Shown here: piece by piece, positions 28,992 to 38,998 of the stretch
Layout of the letters: each line of letters opens with the position of its first letter
How positions within the stretch are numbered: position 1 is the stretch's first letter
IMG/VR virus record: IMGVR_UViG_3300017917_002374
Span: 1-64,000 of that record
Strand: one strand, 5' to 3'
DNA length: 64,000 nt
Notes under the pieces: model-generated
The model's database searches: none
Told to the model about the DNA's origin: nothing
Seen by the model: only the letters and a program-made list of their open reading frames with translations
Translations under genes and position numbers: made by a program

Positions 28992-30292
28992 GGTACCAAG
29001 ATTTTTTAGCGGAAGGCATACTGTTTGAATATGATAGAACAATCACTGCCAAGAACTATGGAGACAAGATTTTACTTGTAGCAGCCAAAGACCGTTGGCT
29101 GGTTGATCAAATTGCAGGACGCAATCGTCTAGGCATGAGCTTTCAAGAAGCAGTGAAAAAAGATCCTGCCATGATCATAGATGCTATTTTAGAAATACTA
29201 GAACGTGGCGATCCCACCCGCAATAAAGAATACACACAGGCCATTGCCAAGATGTATGCCAATGGTGGCATCATGGCAGAGGATGTGGTATCCACTCTAG
29301 CAGACTACCTGGCTAAGTTTGACAAGCTGAAACGCCGGAAGAAAATTCCGCCGCCACGTAACGACTTCAATCGTTACAAGAGCAAGGATGATTTCTATGA
29401 TGTGGTGGATGAATATCCTGACGAAGAAGCAGAAGACAAACCAGAAGAAAAAAAGAACGCTACGGAACTGTATCGTGATAGCAAACTGATTGTGACCATA
29501 CCCAATGATGTGGAAGCTGCCTGTTACTATGGACAGGGCACACGCTGGTGTACAGCGGGCAAGAACAATAACATGTTTGACTACTATACCAAGGGAGGCC
29601 GTCCACTGTATGTGATCATTCCACGACAGCAGGAGTACCCAGGTGAAAAGTATCAGTTTCACTTCGAAACCAAGCAGTTCATGAATGAACAGGATCGTCA
29701 GATTGGCGAAGACGGCATGCGCAAGCTGGTCAAGCGTTTTCCACAGTTGCCCAAGATCCTGCAGAAGCCTGCAGAGCAGTTCATGATTGCACCACTACTG
29801 TCGCAGGAATACAAGAACATCGTGATAGAAAGCACAGAAGAAGTTCAGAAGGCCACTGTGCAGTTGATCAATCAGTATGCTGACCGTATCATTGCATTTG
29901 GATTCAAGAGTTTGGATGGCTATGGTGTGCAATTGCCAGACGCAGCAAAACAGACCATTGCAGACAGCATGCGTGACTACTTGGCTGACTGTGTGAAAAA
30001 CATGGGCAGCTTTTGGCAGGAGATTACTGCCAAACCAGAACTGGCTCGTGATGAAGACAAGATTGAAAGCCTGCTGAGTGCCAACAGAAATCTACAGGCA
30101 GTGGCAGATAAAAGCGCAGCGGTGGACCAGCTGAAAGCAGCACTGGCACAGACCGGACAGAAGATTCACAAGGATGCAATGGCACACATTATTGAACTCA
30201 CAGTGCGTGATCCACTGTTCCGCTTCATGATGAAACAGGTGGCCAAACTGTACACCGCTAAACTACAGGAGCAGGGCCATGCGCTACAGTGA
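28988..30292 (+). CDS. Putative head-packaged protein with YGxGTxWC domain (PcfJ-like, tentative)
   Basis: N-terminus MRYQDFLAE; AACYYGQGTRWCTA, KYQFHF. Confidence 0.55.
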   Translation: MRYQDFLAEGILFEYDRTITAKNYGDKILLVAAKDRWLVDQIAGRNRLGMSFQEAVKKDPAMIIDAILEILERGDPTRNKEYTQAIAKMYANGGIMAEDVVSTLADYLAKFDKLKRRKKIPPPRNDFNRYKSKDDFYDVVDEYPDEEAEDKPEEKKNATELYRDSKLIVTIPNDVEAACYYGQGTRWCTAGKNNNMFDYYTKGGRPLYVIIPRQQEYPGEKYQFHFETKQFMNEQDRQIGEDGMRKLVKRFPQLPKILQKPAEQFMIAPLLSQEYKNIVIESTEEVQKATVQLINQYADRIIAFGFKSLDGYGVQLPDAAKQTIADSMRDYLADCVKNMGSFWQEITAKPELARDEDKIESLLSANRNLQAVADKSAAVDQLKAALAQTGQKIHKDAMAHIIELTVRDPLFRFMMKQVAKLYTAKLQEQGHALQ

Positions 30293-32141
30293 ACTGATTG
30301 AAAACACAGACAGCGACGATGATTTGTTTGCTAAACCATTGGCGGATAGAATTCGTGCTCGTTTGGCAGAGTTAGAAGATCAGGACTTTATGGAACCTGA
30401 GGACATGATTGACCAGGTGGCTGAGGAGTTCAATCTAGAAGTAGAACAAGTTTATGATCTACTGGATGACGAAGTATACGAAAACACAGATGACGATGAT
30501 CTGTTTGGCGGCAGTGATCGCGGGACGCCCTCTCCTGAGAAGGCAGTGGCCAAGTTCAAGATGTTTTTTCCTATAAACAAGCGTGTGAGCTGGAGTAAGA
30601 TGCATTTTGGAACCGTTGACCGCTTGTTTGGCTTCTCCACCGACTCACGTTTTCACGCAGGAGCCAGTTATGACAGACACAGCTACTGGGGCACACAGGC
30701 CTATACCAATCGCCAGACTGGCCTAGGCTTGCTGATCTATGAAGACAGTGGTCAAGGTACCTGGGCATATCTAGGCGCACAGAGTCGTGAGGATATGGCT
30801 CACATGATACAGCAGTTGATTGCAGCAGATCAGTTGGAAGATCCTGAGGCAGCAAAGCAACGTCGCCTGGCCAAACAACAAGGCCGTGCTGCTGCCGCTG
30901 AGAAAAAAGGCATTCGTGTGGGCGCCAAGATACGAGTACCCTACCAAGGACAAACTGCCACAGCAGAAGTGGTCAGCATTTCCAAGGCTGGTAAACTGAA
31001 CCTACGCATGATAGATGGACCAGATGCAGGACAACTGCACTCCTGGCAGCCCTCCGCACACAGCGTTAGAAAAGCAGATGTGCTAGGTGAGAATGATGAT
31101 GACGATGACGAGCTGTTTGGTGAGCCAAGATCCTACATGTTCATTGTGGCAGCTCCAGATGATGAAATAGTAGGAAACTACAAAAATATTGAAGATGCTC
31201 TAGACGCAGCACGATTTTTAGTAGATGATTATCTAGAGGCAGGCTATGAGGACACTGATGCTATTAGAGTTATGAAATACAAAACAGACAGTGATGGCAT
31301 GGTTGATTTTGACGAAGCAGGGGTCACAGTTGGCACTATCTATCTAGGCACAGGAGAACTGGCAGAAAATTTTGACGACGATGATATGTTCGCTACCCCC
31401 ACAATCAAGTTTGCTGACTTGTTCAACGAGTACGACGAGGATCAATTAATGGCACAAGGTTTTCAATATGGAGACCATCCTGAGCAGGACATTGAAATAC
31501 TCAACGACTATTTAGAAGACTATAAAGATTTCCGTGTGGTTGGTATCAGTGGCGGCGAGCATGACCTAGTGCTGCATCTAGACCGCAGCAGCAAACTAAG
31601 AGAAACAGACGATGATGAACTGTTTGGTTCACTAGCACTAACCGCTGCCAAGATTGGTAAACTGTTAGGTGCAGCAGGCATAACCAGTGGTGAAATCGTT
31701 GATCCTGAAAGCGTAAATCTAGCCTTGCACAGAATTGCGGCACTGGACAAGTATCGTATCCGGGCAGAAATCATGCAGCAGCAGTGGTTGAACATGGATG
31801 AAGACACTGCCTGGAACATGGTAGATGACATAGCCAATGTGGTATACGACATCAACGGTGACGGCTGGGAACCAGAAGACACCATCTACAACGAATCAGA
31901 TGATGAGCTGTTTGGTAAAAAGTGGCATGAGCGCATCAACATGAGCAGCATTGAGTTGGACGGCATAGATCGCAGTGACAGTCCTGACTTCTCAGATGCT
32001 CATGTGAGCTATGCAGAGTTTGACGACGGCAAGCCACTGAATAATGAACAGTTGGAATGGCTGACCAATGAGCTGGGCAGCACAGGTGAATTGCATGAGC
32101 TGGTCTGGGACAGTTTGCACGAGGGCCAGCATGCGTTATAA
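30279..32141 (+). CDS. Modular acidic polyprotein-like protein, 6 xE-DDDLF linkers
   Basis: LIE-NTDSDDDLF, VYE-NTDDDDLF, LGE-NDDDDDELF, LAE-NFDDDDMF, LRE-TDDDELF, YNE-SDDELF. Confidence 0.75.
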   Translation: MRYSELIENTDSDDDLFAKPLADRIRARLAELEDQDFMEPEDMIDQVAEEFNLEVEQVYDLLDDEVYENTDDDDLFGGSDRGTPSPEKAVAKFKMFFPINKRVSWSKMHFGTVDRLFGFSTDSRFHAGASYDRHSYWGTQAYTNRQTGLGLLIYEDSGQGTWAYLGAQSREDMAHMIQQLIAADQLEDPEAAKQRRLAKQQGRAAAAEKKGIRVGAKIRVPYQGQTATAEVVSISKAGKLNLRMIDGPDAGQLHSWQPSAHSVRKADVLGENDDDDDELFGEPRSYMFIVAAPDDEIVGNYKNIEDALDAARFLVDDYLEAGYEDTDAIRVMKYKTDSDGMVDFDEAGVTVGTIYLGTGELAENFDDDDMFATPTIKFADLFNEYDEDQLMAQGFQYGDHPEQDIEILNDYLEDYKDFRVVGISGGEHDLVLHLDRSSKLRETDDDELFGSLALTAAKIGKLLGAAGITSGEIVDPESVNLALHRIAALDKYRIRAEIMQQQWLNMDEDTAWNMVDDIANVVYDINGDGWEPEDTIYNESDDELFGKKWHERINMSSIELDGIDRSDSPDFSDAHVSYAEFDDGKPLNNEQLEWLTNELGSTGELHELVWDSLHEGQHAL

Positions 32142-34479
32142 CGAGATCATTGAAAGTGCGGATGATGACGATGACCTGTTTGGTCGCGGTCTGCATCATC
32201 GTATCGCTGCGGCTCTACTGGCACAGGCCGAGGAAGACCAGCGTATCGCAGATGAAGAACGCGGACTAGGTGACCAGATTCATCGTAATGTGCAAAACGC
32301 AGATGAGTTTGAAGCACAAGCTAGAAACTATCGTTACATAGCAGACGCTTTTAATCAAAGCATGGCTCAGGGAGTTAAAGTTTATCGCAGTCTAGACCGC
32401 AGCTGGAAAGGTGCAGTGGATGATGTTGTGGACATTGAGCTTGACATGGACTTCCGCGACTATGTGAAACAGATTCCAGAAAGTGCGGATGACGATGACT
32501 TGTTCTCTACCAGTCCAAAGTTGGATCGCCGTCAAGAGCTGAAAGCCAAGGCCATTCGTCGCATAGAAAAGCGTGACGCACTGAACATACAGCCAGGCAC
32601 ACGACTCATGGTCAAATGGGACAATGGCAAATACTACAAAGGCAAAGTGGTCAGACTCACTCCCAGTGGCCGCGTGATAGCACAGGTAAAGTTTCACAAT
32701 GTGGGCTGGCCCTTGGAAAAGAACATCAGTCCACGTGACATCAAGCCTGAACACATCTTGAAAGAAACAGATGATGACATGTTTGCCAAGAACAGTCAGA
32801 TGAGCCAAGACATCAAAACCAAGCTAAAACAAATTGATGATCCTTATCTGCGCACTGTACGCAAGATTCGTGAGTTGGCAAAAACCAAATATGGTGCAAA
32901 AATTCGTGTGAGTGGTGCACCCAAGACATCGGCCCGCGGCAGAGCAACTGTTTGGGTGGGCGACTATGATGCAAATTATCAAATTCCAAAAACTACCCCT
33001 GAGGCCTATGCTGTAAAAAACGATTTAGAACAGATGGGATTTGAGTGTCGTTTTACAGACGCAGGTTGGCTCAGTGTCAAGGTTCCGCCAGTGTTCTCTG
33101 ATCTAATCAGCGAAGAAAGCGACGACGAGCTGTTTGGGCAAGAAGATGGCGCTCGTCTGGCACTGAAACTATTGAAACTGTTACGAGCAGCAGTGGCTCG
33201 CGATCCTCGTGGTGTGGGTGAAATGCTGAAACAGTACAGCAATGAAAACAGCACTCTGGCACAGAGAGTAGATTATACCTTGGATTACATGGCACAGGCC
33301 GTGGGCATGCCACGTGAGATATTTGACAAATACGCAGATGACTTTTTCATACTGCCATGGCCCACAGGTGTGGACATAAACCGTCCATGGCAGATCTGGG
33401 ATGCACAGGTGTTGGACCGAATCATTGAGACCATGCGACGAGTGGTTTATGGCCGGGACATGAATGAAAGTGATAATGACGATGACCTGTTCAGCCATAG
33501 TGTGCATGAAGAAGTGATATATCGTGTGGAAGAATATAAAAAAGGTCTTGAAAAACATCTAGAAGTAGTACAGCAGGCAGATCCTGAAGACGCAGAATAT
33601 CTTGAGGATGTGATCAATGATGTGAATCAAGTGTTGGCCAAATTGCAGAAAAATTGGATAGAAGGCATGGATGCACTGCTACAAGCATCAGATAGCGAGG
33701 ACTGGGCAGAAAATATCATGCACGAACTCAAGGCAGATAATATACCGTTGAACAGATACTACCGCGCACCTTGGCTGCGCGAAGACGCAGACGATGATGA
33801 ACTGTTTGGTGAAACTACCTTGGCAGATCGTGTGGCTGATTTAATCAAGCACAAGCAACGTGTACGCATTCTAGTACCTGGTGCCATGGGCTTTGTGCGA
33901 GCTGTATTTCATGGCAGCACTGCTATCAGTCGCAGCATGAAGAGCACTACACGCTACGCCTGGCCAGGACTGCACGGCGAACGAGCTAACGGCCTTGAGT
34001 TGGTACAAAATCCTGCCACACGCACCTGGGACATTGTAGAGCGAGACCAGGCTGTAAACATGCGTAAATACACAGAAGACATTGGTGACGATGAACTGTT
34101 TGGCAGCGGCTACAGTGCTGTGCAAAGACAGATCTATGAAACAGGCCGGCAAATGTTGCAAGCACTGAAAGACAGTTGGAAACAGGATTCTGTGCGCAGC
34201 GAATTTCAAACTTACATGGATGCCGACGATGGCGACGCTATGTTTGATCTTGTGCAGGATGTGACCAGAGTGCATGGTTGGCCAGCACTGGTAGTAGACA
34301 CTGTGATTCGTGAATACACTACCATGGAAGGACTCAACGACTTTGGCTGGATGCTGGAAGAAGGCAGCTTCAACGACCTAGAGGAAGCCTGGGAAAGATT
34401 TAGAACAGATAGAGAAATCAAAAACGAACCCTGGTTCCAAGCGGAAGCAGACAGATTTATGAAAAGAAAACTAAGATGA
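32131..34479 (+). CDS. Modular polyprotein-like protein, 7 xE-DDDLF linkers
   Basis: Start MRYNEIIE at 32131; IIE-SADDDDDLF, IPE-SADDDDLF, LKE-TDDDMF, ISE-ESDDELF, MNE-SDNDDDLF, LRE-DADDDELF, YTE-DIGDDELF. Confidence 0.75.
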   Translation: MRYNEIIESADDDDDLFGRGLHHRIAAALLAQAEEDQRIADEERGLGDQIHRNVQNADEFEAQARNYRYIADAFNQSMAQGVKVYRSLDRSWKGAVDDVVDIELDMDFRDYVKQIPESADDDDLFSTSPKLDRRQELKAKAIRRIEKRDALNIQPGTRLMVKWDNGKYYKGKVVRLTPSGRVIAQVKFHNVGWPLEKNISPRDIKPEHILKETDDDMFAKNSQMSQDIKTKLKQIDDPYLRTVRKIRELAKTKYGAKIRVSGAPKTSARGRATVWVGDYDANYQIPKTTPEAYAVKNDLEQMGFECRFTDAGWLSVKVPPVFSDLISEESDDELFGQEDGARLALKLLKLLRAAVARDPRGVGEMLKQYSNENSTLAQRVDYTLDYMAQAVGMPREIFDKYADDFFILPWPTGVDINRPWQIWDAQVLDRIIETMRRVVYGRDMNESDNDDDLFSHSVHEEVIYRVEEYKKGLEKHLEVVQQADPEDAEYLEDVINDVNQVLAKLQKNWIEGMDALLQASDSEDWAENIMHELKADNIPLNRYYRAPWLREDADDDELFGETTLADRVADLIKHKQRVRILVPGAMGFVRAVFHGSTAISRSMKSTTRYAWPGLHGERANGLELVQNPATRTWDIVERDQAVNMRKYTEDIGDDELFGSGYSAVQRQIYETGRQMLQALKDSWKQDSVRSEFQTYMDADDGDAMFDLVQDVTRVHGWPALVVDTVIREYTTMEGLNDFGWMLEEGSFNDLEEAWERFRTDREIKNEPWFQAEADRFMKRKLR

Positions 34480-36722
34480 AAAGCAAAGATTTCCTAAATG
34501 AAAAGTGGAGCCAGAAGTACAAGAAGAGCATCAACTGCTCTAACCCCAAAGGCTTCAGCCAACGTGCGCACTGTGCAGGCCGCAAGAAAAACGAAAGTGT
34601 GGAACTGGATGAAATTGATCGCAGAGGATTCCTCAAGGGCCTTGGTGCTGCTGCACTGGCAGGTGCAGGTGGCGCTGCCATGGCAGGAGATCTAGAAGGT
34701 CAGATAGGCCCACTGCCCATCATGGCTACTATCAAAGTGCAGATGCCAGACGGCACTGTGAAAACAAAAAAGATTGATCTTGGTCATGAGTACGACTACA
34801 GACTGGATGATGCCAAGAAAGAAATTGAACAGATCCTGGATCGCAAGGGCGTGAAGAACTATACCATTCACTTGGACAGATACAAGGACAATGAGGCATA
34901 TCTGGATCGTGAACAGATGAAGCCGCAGTCAAAGACTGACAAAAACGACTACATGGATCGTAAACCCTATCAGCCCAAAGGCGGCAGTGGCAGCTATGTG
35001 GACAACACACCTGCCCGGGCCAGCGGCAAACACAACTACATGGATCCTGCCAACTACGAAGAAAGTTTACAGGAATACGGCGATACTGCCCGAGGTCAAA
35101 AGCAGTTGACCCGGGTTCACAAACGTGCAGTTGATCGTCTAATCAAGGCAGATGACCAAAACATGTTAGAGCCAGATTATACCAAAAGAGATTTAAAAAC
35201 AGTAAGAAAGAATGCAGACACTGCTAACCGTGCTTGGGATAGATTCACAGATCTGGATTTAGATGAAGCATCAGTTTATAAAAAAGATCAAGACCTAAGC
35301 AGTATTCCTACTCAAGAACTTGAAGCATTTGTTAAAAAACATTGGGGTGGTGGTATTCCAACTTATGGCCAAGGCAAAAGTGTTCAACGAGCCATGCGAG
35401 AATTGCGCCGCAGACAAAAGCAAGGTGTGGCGGAAGGCTCTGCTGGAGCAAAATACAAAATAAAAAGCATTGGCAAAGACAAGAACGGTGATTACTACAT
35501 CAGCCCTAACACAGGCAAAAAAGTTTACAAGAATGCTAAAGTGGGTGATCACGAAACTCCACGCGGGGAAGTAAAACCTAAGGTGACGGAAAACAATGAC
35601 AGTGATGAAGAATTGTTTAGCGTGTCTCAAACGCCACCACGAACAGCACAGGCACTATACCATTGGAGCCGCATGGATCCCAACAGATACAGTTTTCGTG
35701 CCATAGCTGAATTTGCCTTGAGTAACAAGCTGACCTTAAAGCAGGCACTGGAAGTTACTTCAAGGTTTGACGAGTACAACGAACAGATGCAAGATGAATA
35801 TGGTGTTGATGATGATCAAATGAGTGATCTGTTTGGCGCATATGAAGAAGTGTGTGATGCATGGAACACTGATCCAACAGGCGATACCAGTACAAATGAC
35901 TCCTGGGAAAAACTACGAGAAGCAGATGCAGAACTAGCAGAACCACCTGAGCGTCCACGCAAAACCACAACAAAGACCAAGACCAAACCTGATATCAAAT
36001 TTGATATTCCGTTCCAGCAAGATCAAGATCGTCCTCTGGCCAAAACAGATCCACTGGATGACTTGAAAAAGAAAGCTGGACTAGGTGATGAGCCTAAGGT
36101 CAACATTAAGAAGGCCAAACAAAAGGATACCTTGAGCAAAACCGCAGGCATTGGCAGTGATGACATGGCAGACATGCTGAGTCGCATGCGTAACATTGAA
36201 ATAGATCGTGATCTAGAAGCCTATCCAGAGCCAGAACCACCAGAGCAGTTGCCATCAGTGGAAGTGAACACAGCCAATTTGCCAGCAGTGGCAGGGCAGG
36301 CATTACAAGCCGCAGGCGTGCAGAATCCAGATTTCCATCAAGTGGCTAACCTGCCAGGCAACATGGCAGACCAAATTCGCCAGCTGGGCAAGAGTCTGTT
36401 TGGCAGTCTAACCATGACACCTACCAAGCGTATTCACGTGGTGGCCAATCTAGGCGGACAAGGCCCTAACAGCTCAGCAGAAGTAAACGCAGTGGCCGGC
36501 TTCCTAAAAGACCACGGTAAAGATCTAGGCCCAGGCGACATTGACTTTGACAATGTCATGCCAGGCTACAAGGCACAAACACACATGTTCTCAGCAGCAG
36601 GCATTCGCTGGATGCTGGTAAAAGACTTTGCCGGACAGTACATCTACTGCTGGCCAGAAGAAGACAGCCATGATGCAGTGGATGCGATTGGCCAGGACAC
36701 GGACGTTAAAAGACTAAAATGA
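34476..36722 (+). CDS. Modular polyprotein-like protein with internal Tat-like signal
   Basis: MKSKDFLNE; LDE-IDRRGFLKGLGAAALAG; QGVAE; VTE-NNDSDEELF; further LQE/LDE/LRE joints. Confidence 0.7.
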   Translation: MKSKDFLNEKWSQKYKKSINCSNPKGFSQRAHCAGRKKNESVELDEIDRRGFLKGLGAAALAGAGGAAMAGDLEGQIGPLPIMATIKVQMPDGTVKTKKIDLGHEYDYRLDDAKKEIEQILDRKGVKNYTIHLDRYKDNEAYLDREQMKPQSKTDKNDYMDRKPYQPKGGSGSYVDNTPARASGKHNYMDPANYEESLQEYGDTARGQKQLTRVHKRAVDRLIKADDQNMLEPDYTKRDLKTVRKNADTANRAWDRFTDLDLDEASVYKKDQDLSSIPTQELEAFVKKHWGGGIPTYGQGKSVQRAMRELRRRQKQGVAEGSAGAKYKIKSIGKDKNGDYYISPNTGKKVYKNAKVGDHETPRGEVKPKVTENNDSDEELFSVSQTPPRTAQALYHWSRMDPNRYSFRAIAEFALSNKLTLKQALEVTSRFDEYNEQMQDEYGVDDDQMSDLFGAYEEVCDAWNTDPTGDTSTNDSWEKLREADAELAEPPERPRKTTTKTKTKPDIKFDIPFQQDQDRPLAKTDPLDDLKKKAGLGDEPKVNIKKAKQKDTLSKTAGIGSDDMADMLSRMRNIEIDRDLEAYPEPEPPEQLPSVEVNTANLPAVAGQALQAAGVQNPDFHQVANLPGNMADQIRQLGKSLFGSLTMTPTKRIHVVANLGGQGPNSSAEVNAVAGFLKDHGKDLGPGDIDFDNVMPGYKAQTHMFSAAGIRWMLVKDFAGQYIYCWPEEDSHDAVDAIGQDTDVKRLK

Positions 36723-38998
36723 GATACAACGAACTGATTGAAAACGATGATGAGGACATGTTTGGCGCCAGCGAACGTGTGGATCGTGACCTGCGTCGCG
36801 CTACCTTCAATGCCAATATACCAGAAATGATTCGTCGTGTGCAGCAGGGCCTACTGGCCAGTGCAGATCGTCAGGCGCGAGCCATGGCCATGGAGTTTGT
36901 TAGAGAAGCCAACTATCTTGAAAAAGAAGAAGTGTATGGACTGGCTCGCGAGATATTCACACACGATGCACCGCAGCATCTGCATCAGGCCTTTGCTATT
37001 GTGAGTGAGGATCCTGCCATCATTGCAGATGAAGATATGCTGAGTGACGTCTTGATGACCAACAACATATTCACCAACATACGCAAGGACAGCGATCTGT
37101 GGATCTATGCAACAGAAATGATAGAAGATTTTGCTGAAGGTGACGAGGAACTGGAATATCACCTGGGCATGGAAATAGAAGGCACAGTGGGCAATCTAAT
37201 AGTACGGCTCATGCAAGACGCATTTGCCAATGTGCGAGCACTGGGTGAGAATAGCAAGCCAGGTGTGCCGCAACCAGGGCCAAGTTCTGGGGCTCCTAAG
37301 AAATTTGGCTCTGATGCTAAAATACAAACTCGCCAGATGACGGTAAATGATATTATATCATCTGTGCCTGGTGTTCCCTATTACAACAATGTGGTGGATG
37401 ATTGGGACGCCAAAGATTACAGTTGGGGCGTGACCAAAAAGGTCATAGAGTACGCAACCTACTTGAAGGATCATCCAGAAAGTCTGGCACAGTTACCGCC
37501 AGCAATAGTGTTGAATGGCAAGTTTGAAGATGGTGCCCACAGGGTATCTGCCATATGGTTGCTGCAACAAAGAATGGATCCTAAAAATCCCTTATGGAAA
37601 CGTGCCAAATTAAATGTTCAGTTTGTTGAGCAAGGTGTCACAGAAGCCACAGACGACGAACTGTTCAGCAAATCACGTGAGCGTCCTGTGAATCGTTTTA
37701 CCATTTATGTTAATAATAAACCACTGCGCACCATGATAGATCTGGAGCAGGCGGCAGGTGTGGCAGAGGACTTGATAAACCAAGAAACCCGGCGAGTGAA
37801 TGTGCAGGTGGTCAACGCCGTTGATGGTGAAATACTCTGGAGTGGCGGCACTGACCGCATGGGCAAATGGTATGGTGCTTATGCAGCTTATCTTGAAGAA
37901 ACAGAAGATGATGACGACTTGTTCAGCAATCGCCCCAACGGCAAAGTAATAGCACATGATCTAGAACTGTGGCTGCGTCGCAGACAGTCAGGCAGTCGTC
38001 GTCCGCTCAGCAGCTATTCTGCAGATGCCATAACGGAAATTATAGCAGCGTTTAATAAAAGTTTTGCAGCAGGTGTGCAGGCCTGGGACGTGGCGCCAAT
38101 CATTGCAGATCTAAAATACGACATTCGCGAGTACATTGGCAGCAGTCAGCACATTGATCTTGCTGACCATGTGCAAGAACTCAATGAAGCTCCTCTAGCA
38201 GACTACGAGCCCATGGGTGACTTTGAAAAGCCAGGCCCCTTTCGTGGCGCAGATAAGAAATTAATTCCTCATCCTACCAACAAGCTCAAGACCGCACGTT
38301 TCTTTGAACAAACACCCTATGACTTTAGACTGTTCTTCAGCAACATTCCTGGCACCGGTCGTTACAGCGAATACGGTCCAATGGAACCACGGGTCATACA
38401 AGAGATATTCAAGGATGCTGCTGAACAGATTCTAGCAGGATCAGAAAATGCCATTACAGTGGTGTTTGTGGGCAACAAAGGTGACAGCAAGGTCATGCTC
38501 ACACCCTGGATGATGGCGCATAGAATTGGACATGCTGTGCAAGCCGGCACAAGATTAGCAGGTGGACGCGGCGCCTGGCGCGAAGCAGAAAATCATTTCT
38601 TCCGTGGCATCAATCAATTGCTCAAAGACTTCTATGGCAAGAGCAGCAACAATCGTTACGACGGTGAAGCCAACTGGGCCATGAGTCAAGAATATGCAGC
38701 ACTGTTCAATGCCATTGGCACACAGCGCAGTAGCCGCAAAGGTGAGATCAAAAGACCATACGAATTTCTGTATGAATTGTTTGCACAGTATCTGGGCACA
38801 GGACGGATTGAGCTCAATCCACTGCCACAAAAACAATCCTATGGTCGCAAGGTGTTTGGTCGCAGCAGTCAAAGTCTACGCATGACACCTGGCGCAGAAG
38901 AGGAATCAAAATACACAACTGAAGTCTTAGCACGTGACATGGAAATCATGTTCAGCGATGTGCTGAGTGAACTGGTTGGGAAAGTGTTGGTGATGTGA
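36719..38998 (+). CDS. Modular polyprotein-like protein with a ParB/Srx-like module and an HxxxH module; 3 xE-DDDLF linkers
   Basis: MRYNELIE-NDDEDMF; LPPAIV..EDGAHR; VTE-ATDDELF; LEE-TEDDDDLF; MAHRIGH. Confidence 0.7.
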   Translation: MRYNELIENDDEDMFGASERVDRDLRRATFNANIPEMIRRVQQGLLASADRQARAMAMEFVREANYLEKEEVYGLAREIFTHDAPQHLHQAFAIVSEDPAIIADEDMLSDVLMTNNIFTNIRKDSDLWIYATEMIEDFAEGDEELEYHLGMEIEGTVGNLIVRLMQDAFANVRALGENSKPGVPQPGPSSGAPKKFGSDAKIQTRQMTVNDIISSVPGVPYYNNVVDDWDAKDYSWGVTKKVIEYATYLKDHPESLAQLPPAIVLNGKFEDGAHRVSAIWLLQQRMDPKNPLWKRAKLNVQFVEQGVTEATDDELFSKSRERPVNRFTIYVNNKPLRTMIDLEQAAGVAEDLINQETRRVNVQVVNAVDGEILWSGGTDRMGKWYGAYAAYLEETEDDDDLFSNRPNGKVIAHDLELWLRRRQSGSRRPLSSYSADAITEIIAAFNKSFAAGVQAWDVAPIIADLKYDIREYIGSSQHIDLADHVQELNEAPLADYEPMGDFEKPGPFRGADKKLIPHPTNKLKTARFFEQTPYDFRLFFSNIPGTGRYSEYGPMEPRVIQEIFKDAAEQILAGSENAITVVFVGNKGDSKVMLTPWMMAHRIGHAVQAGTRLAGGRGAWREAENHFFRGINQLLKDFYGKSSNNRYDGEANWAMSQEYAALFNAIGTQRSSRKGEIKRPYEFLYELFAQYLGTGRIELNPLPQKQSYGRKVFGRSSQSLRMTPGAEEESKYTTEVLARDMEIMFSDVLSELVGKVLVM

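Larger units (their letters stand above)
30300..37927 (+). repeat. Dispersed in-frame repeat encoding [ILVMY]xE-x(0-4)-(D/E)n-[LM]F, 17 copies
   Basis: Approximate starts 30300, 30480, 31089, 31365, 31602, 31893, 32152, 32479, 32764, 33112, 33465, 33781, 34075, 35589, 36740, 37643, 37895; DNA core ga(t/c)ga(t/c)gaN(c/t/a)tgtt(t/c). Confidence 0.85.

Noticed and set aside
32068-32130. ORF-track starts at 32068, 55516, 39227, 25185, 15087, 1162 and 58643
   Set aside because: Downstream ATGs fit SDs, late motifs, signal peptides or the shared MRY N-terminus better
30279-38998. DDDLF repeats as simple low-complexity sequence or inteins
   Set aside because: Fixed order (hydrophobic-x-E, acidic run, LF) and regular spacing argue against noise; no Cys/Ser...His-Asn intein ends
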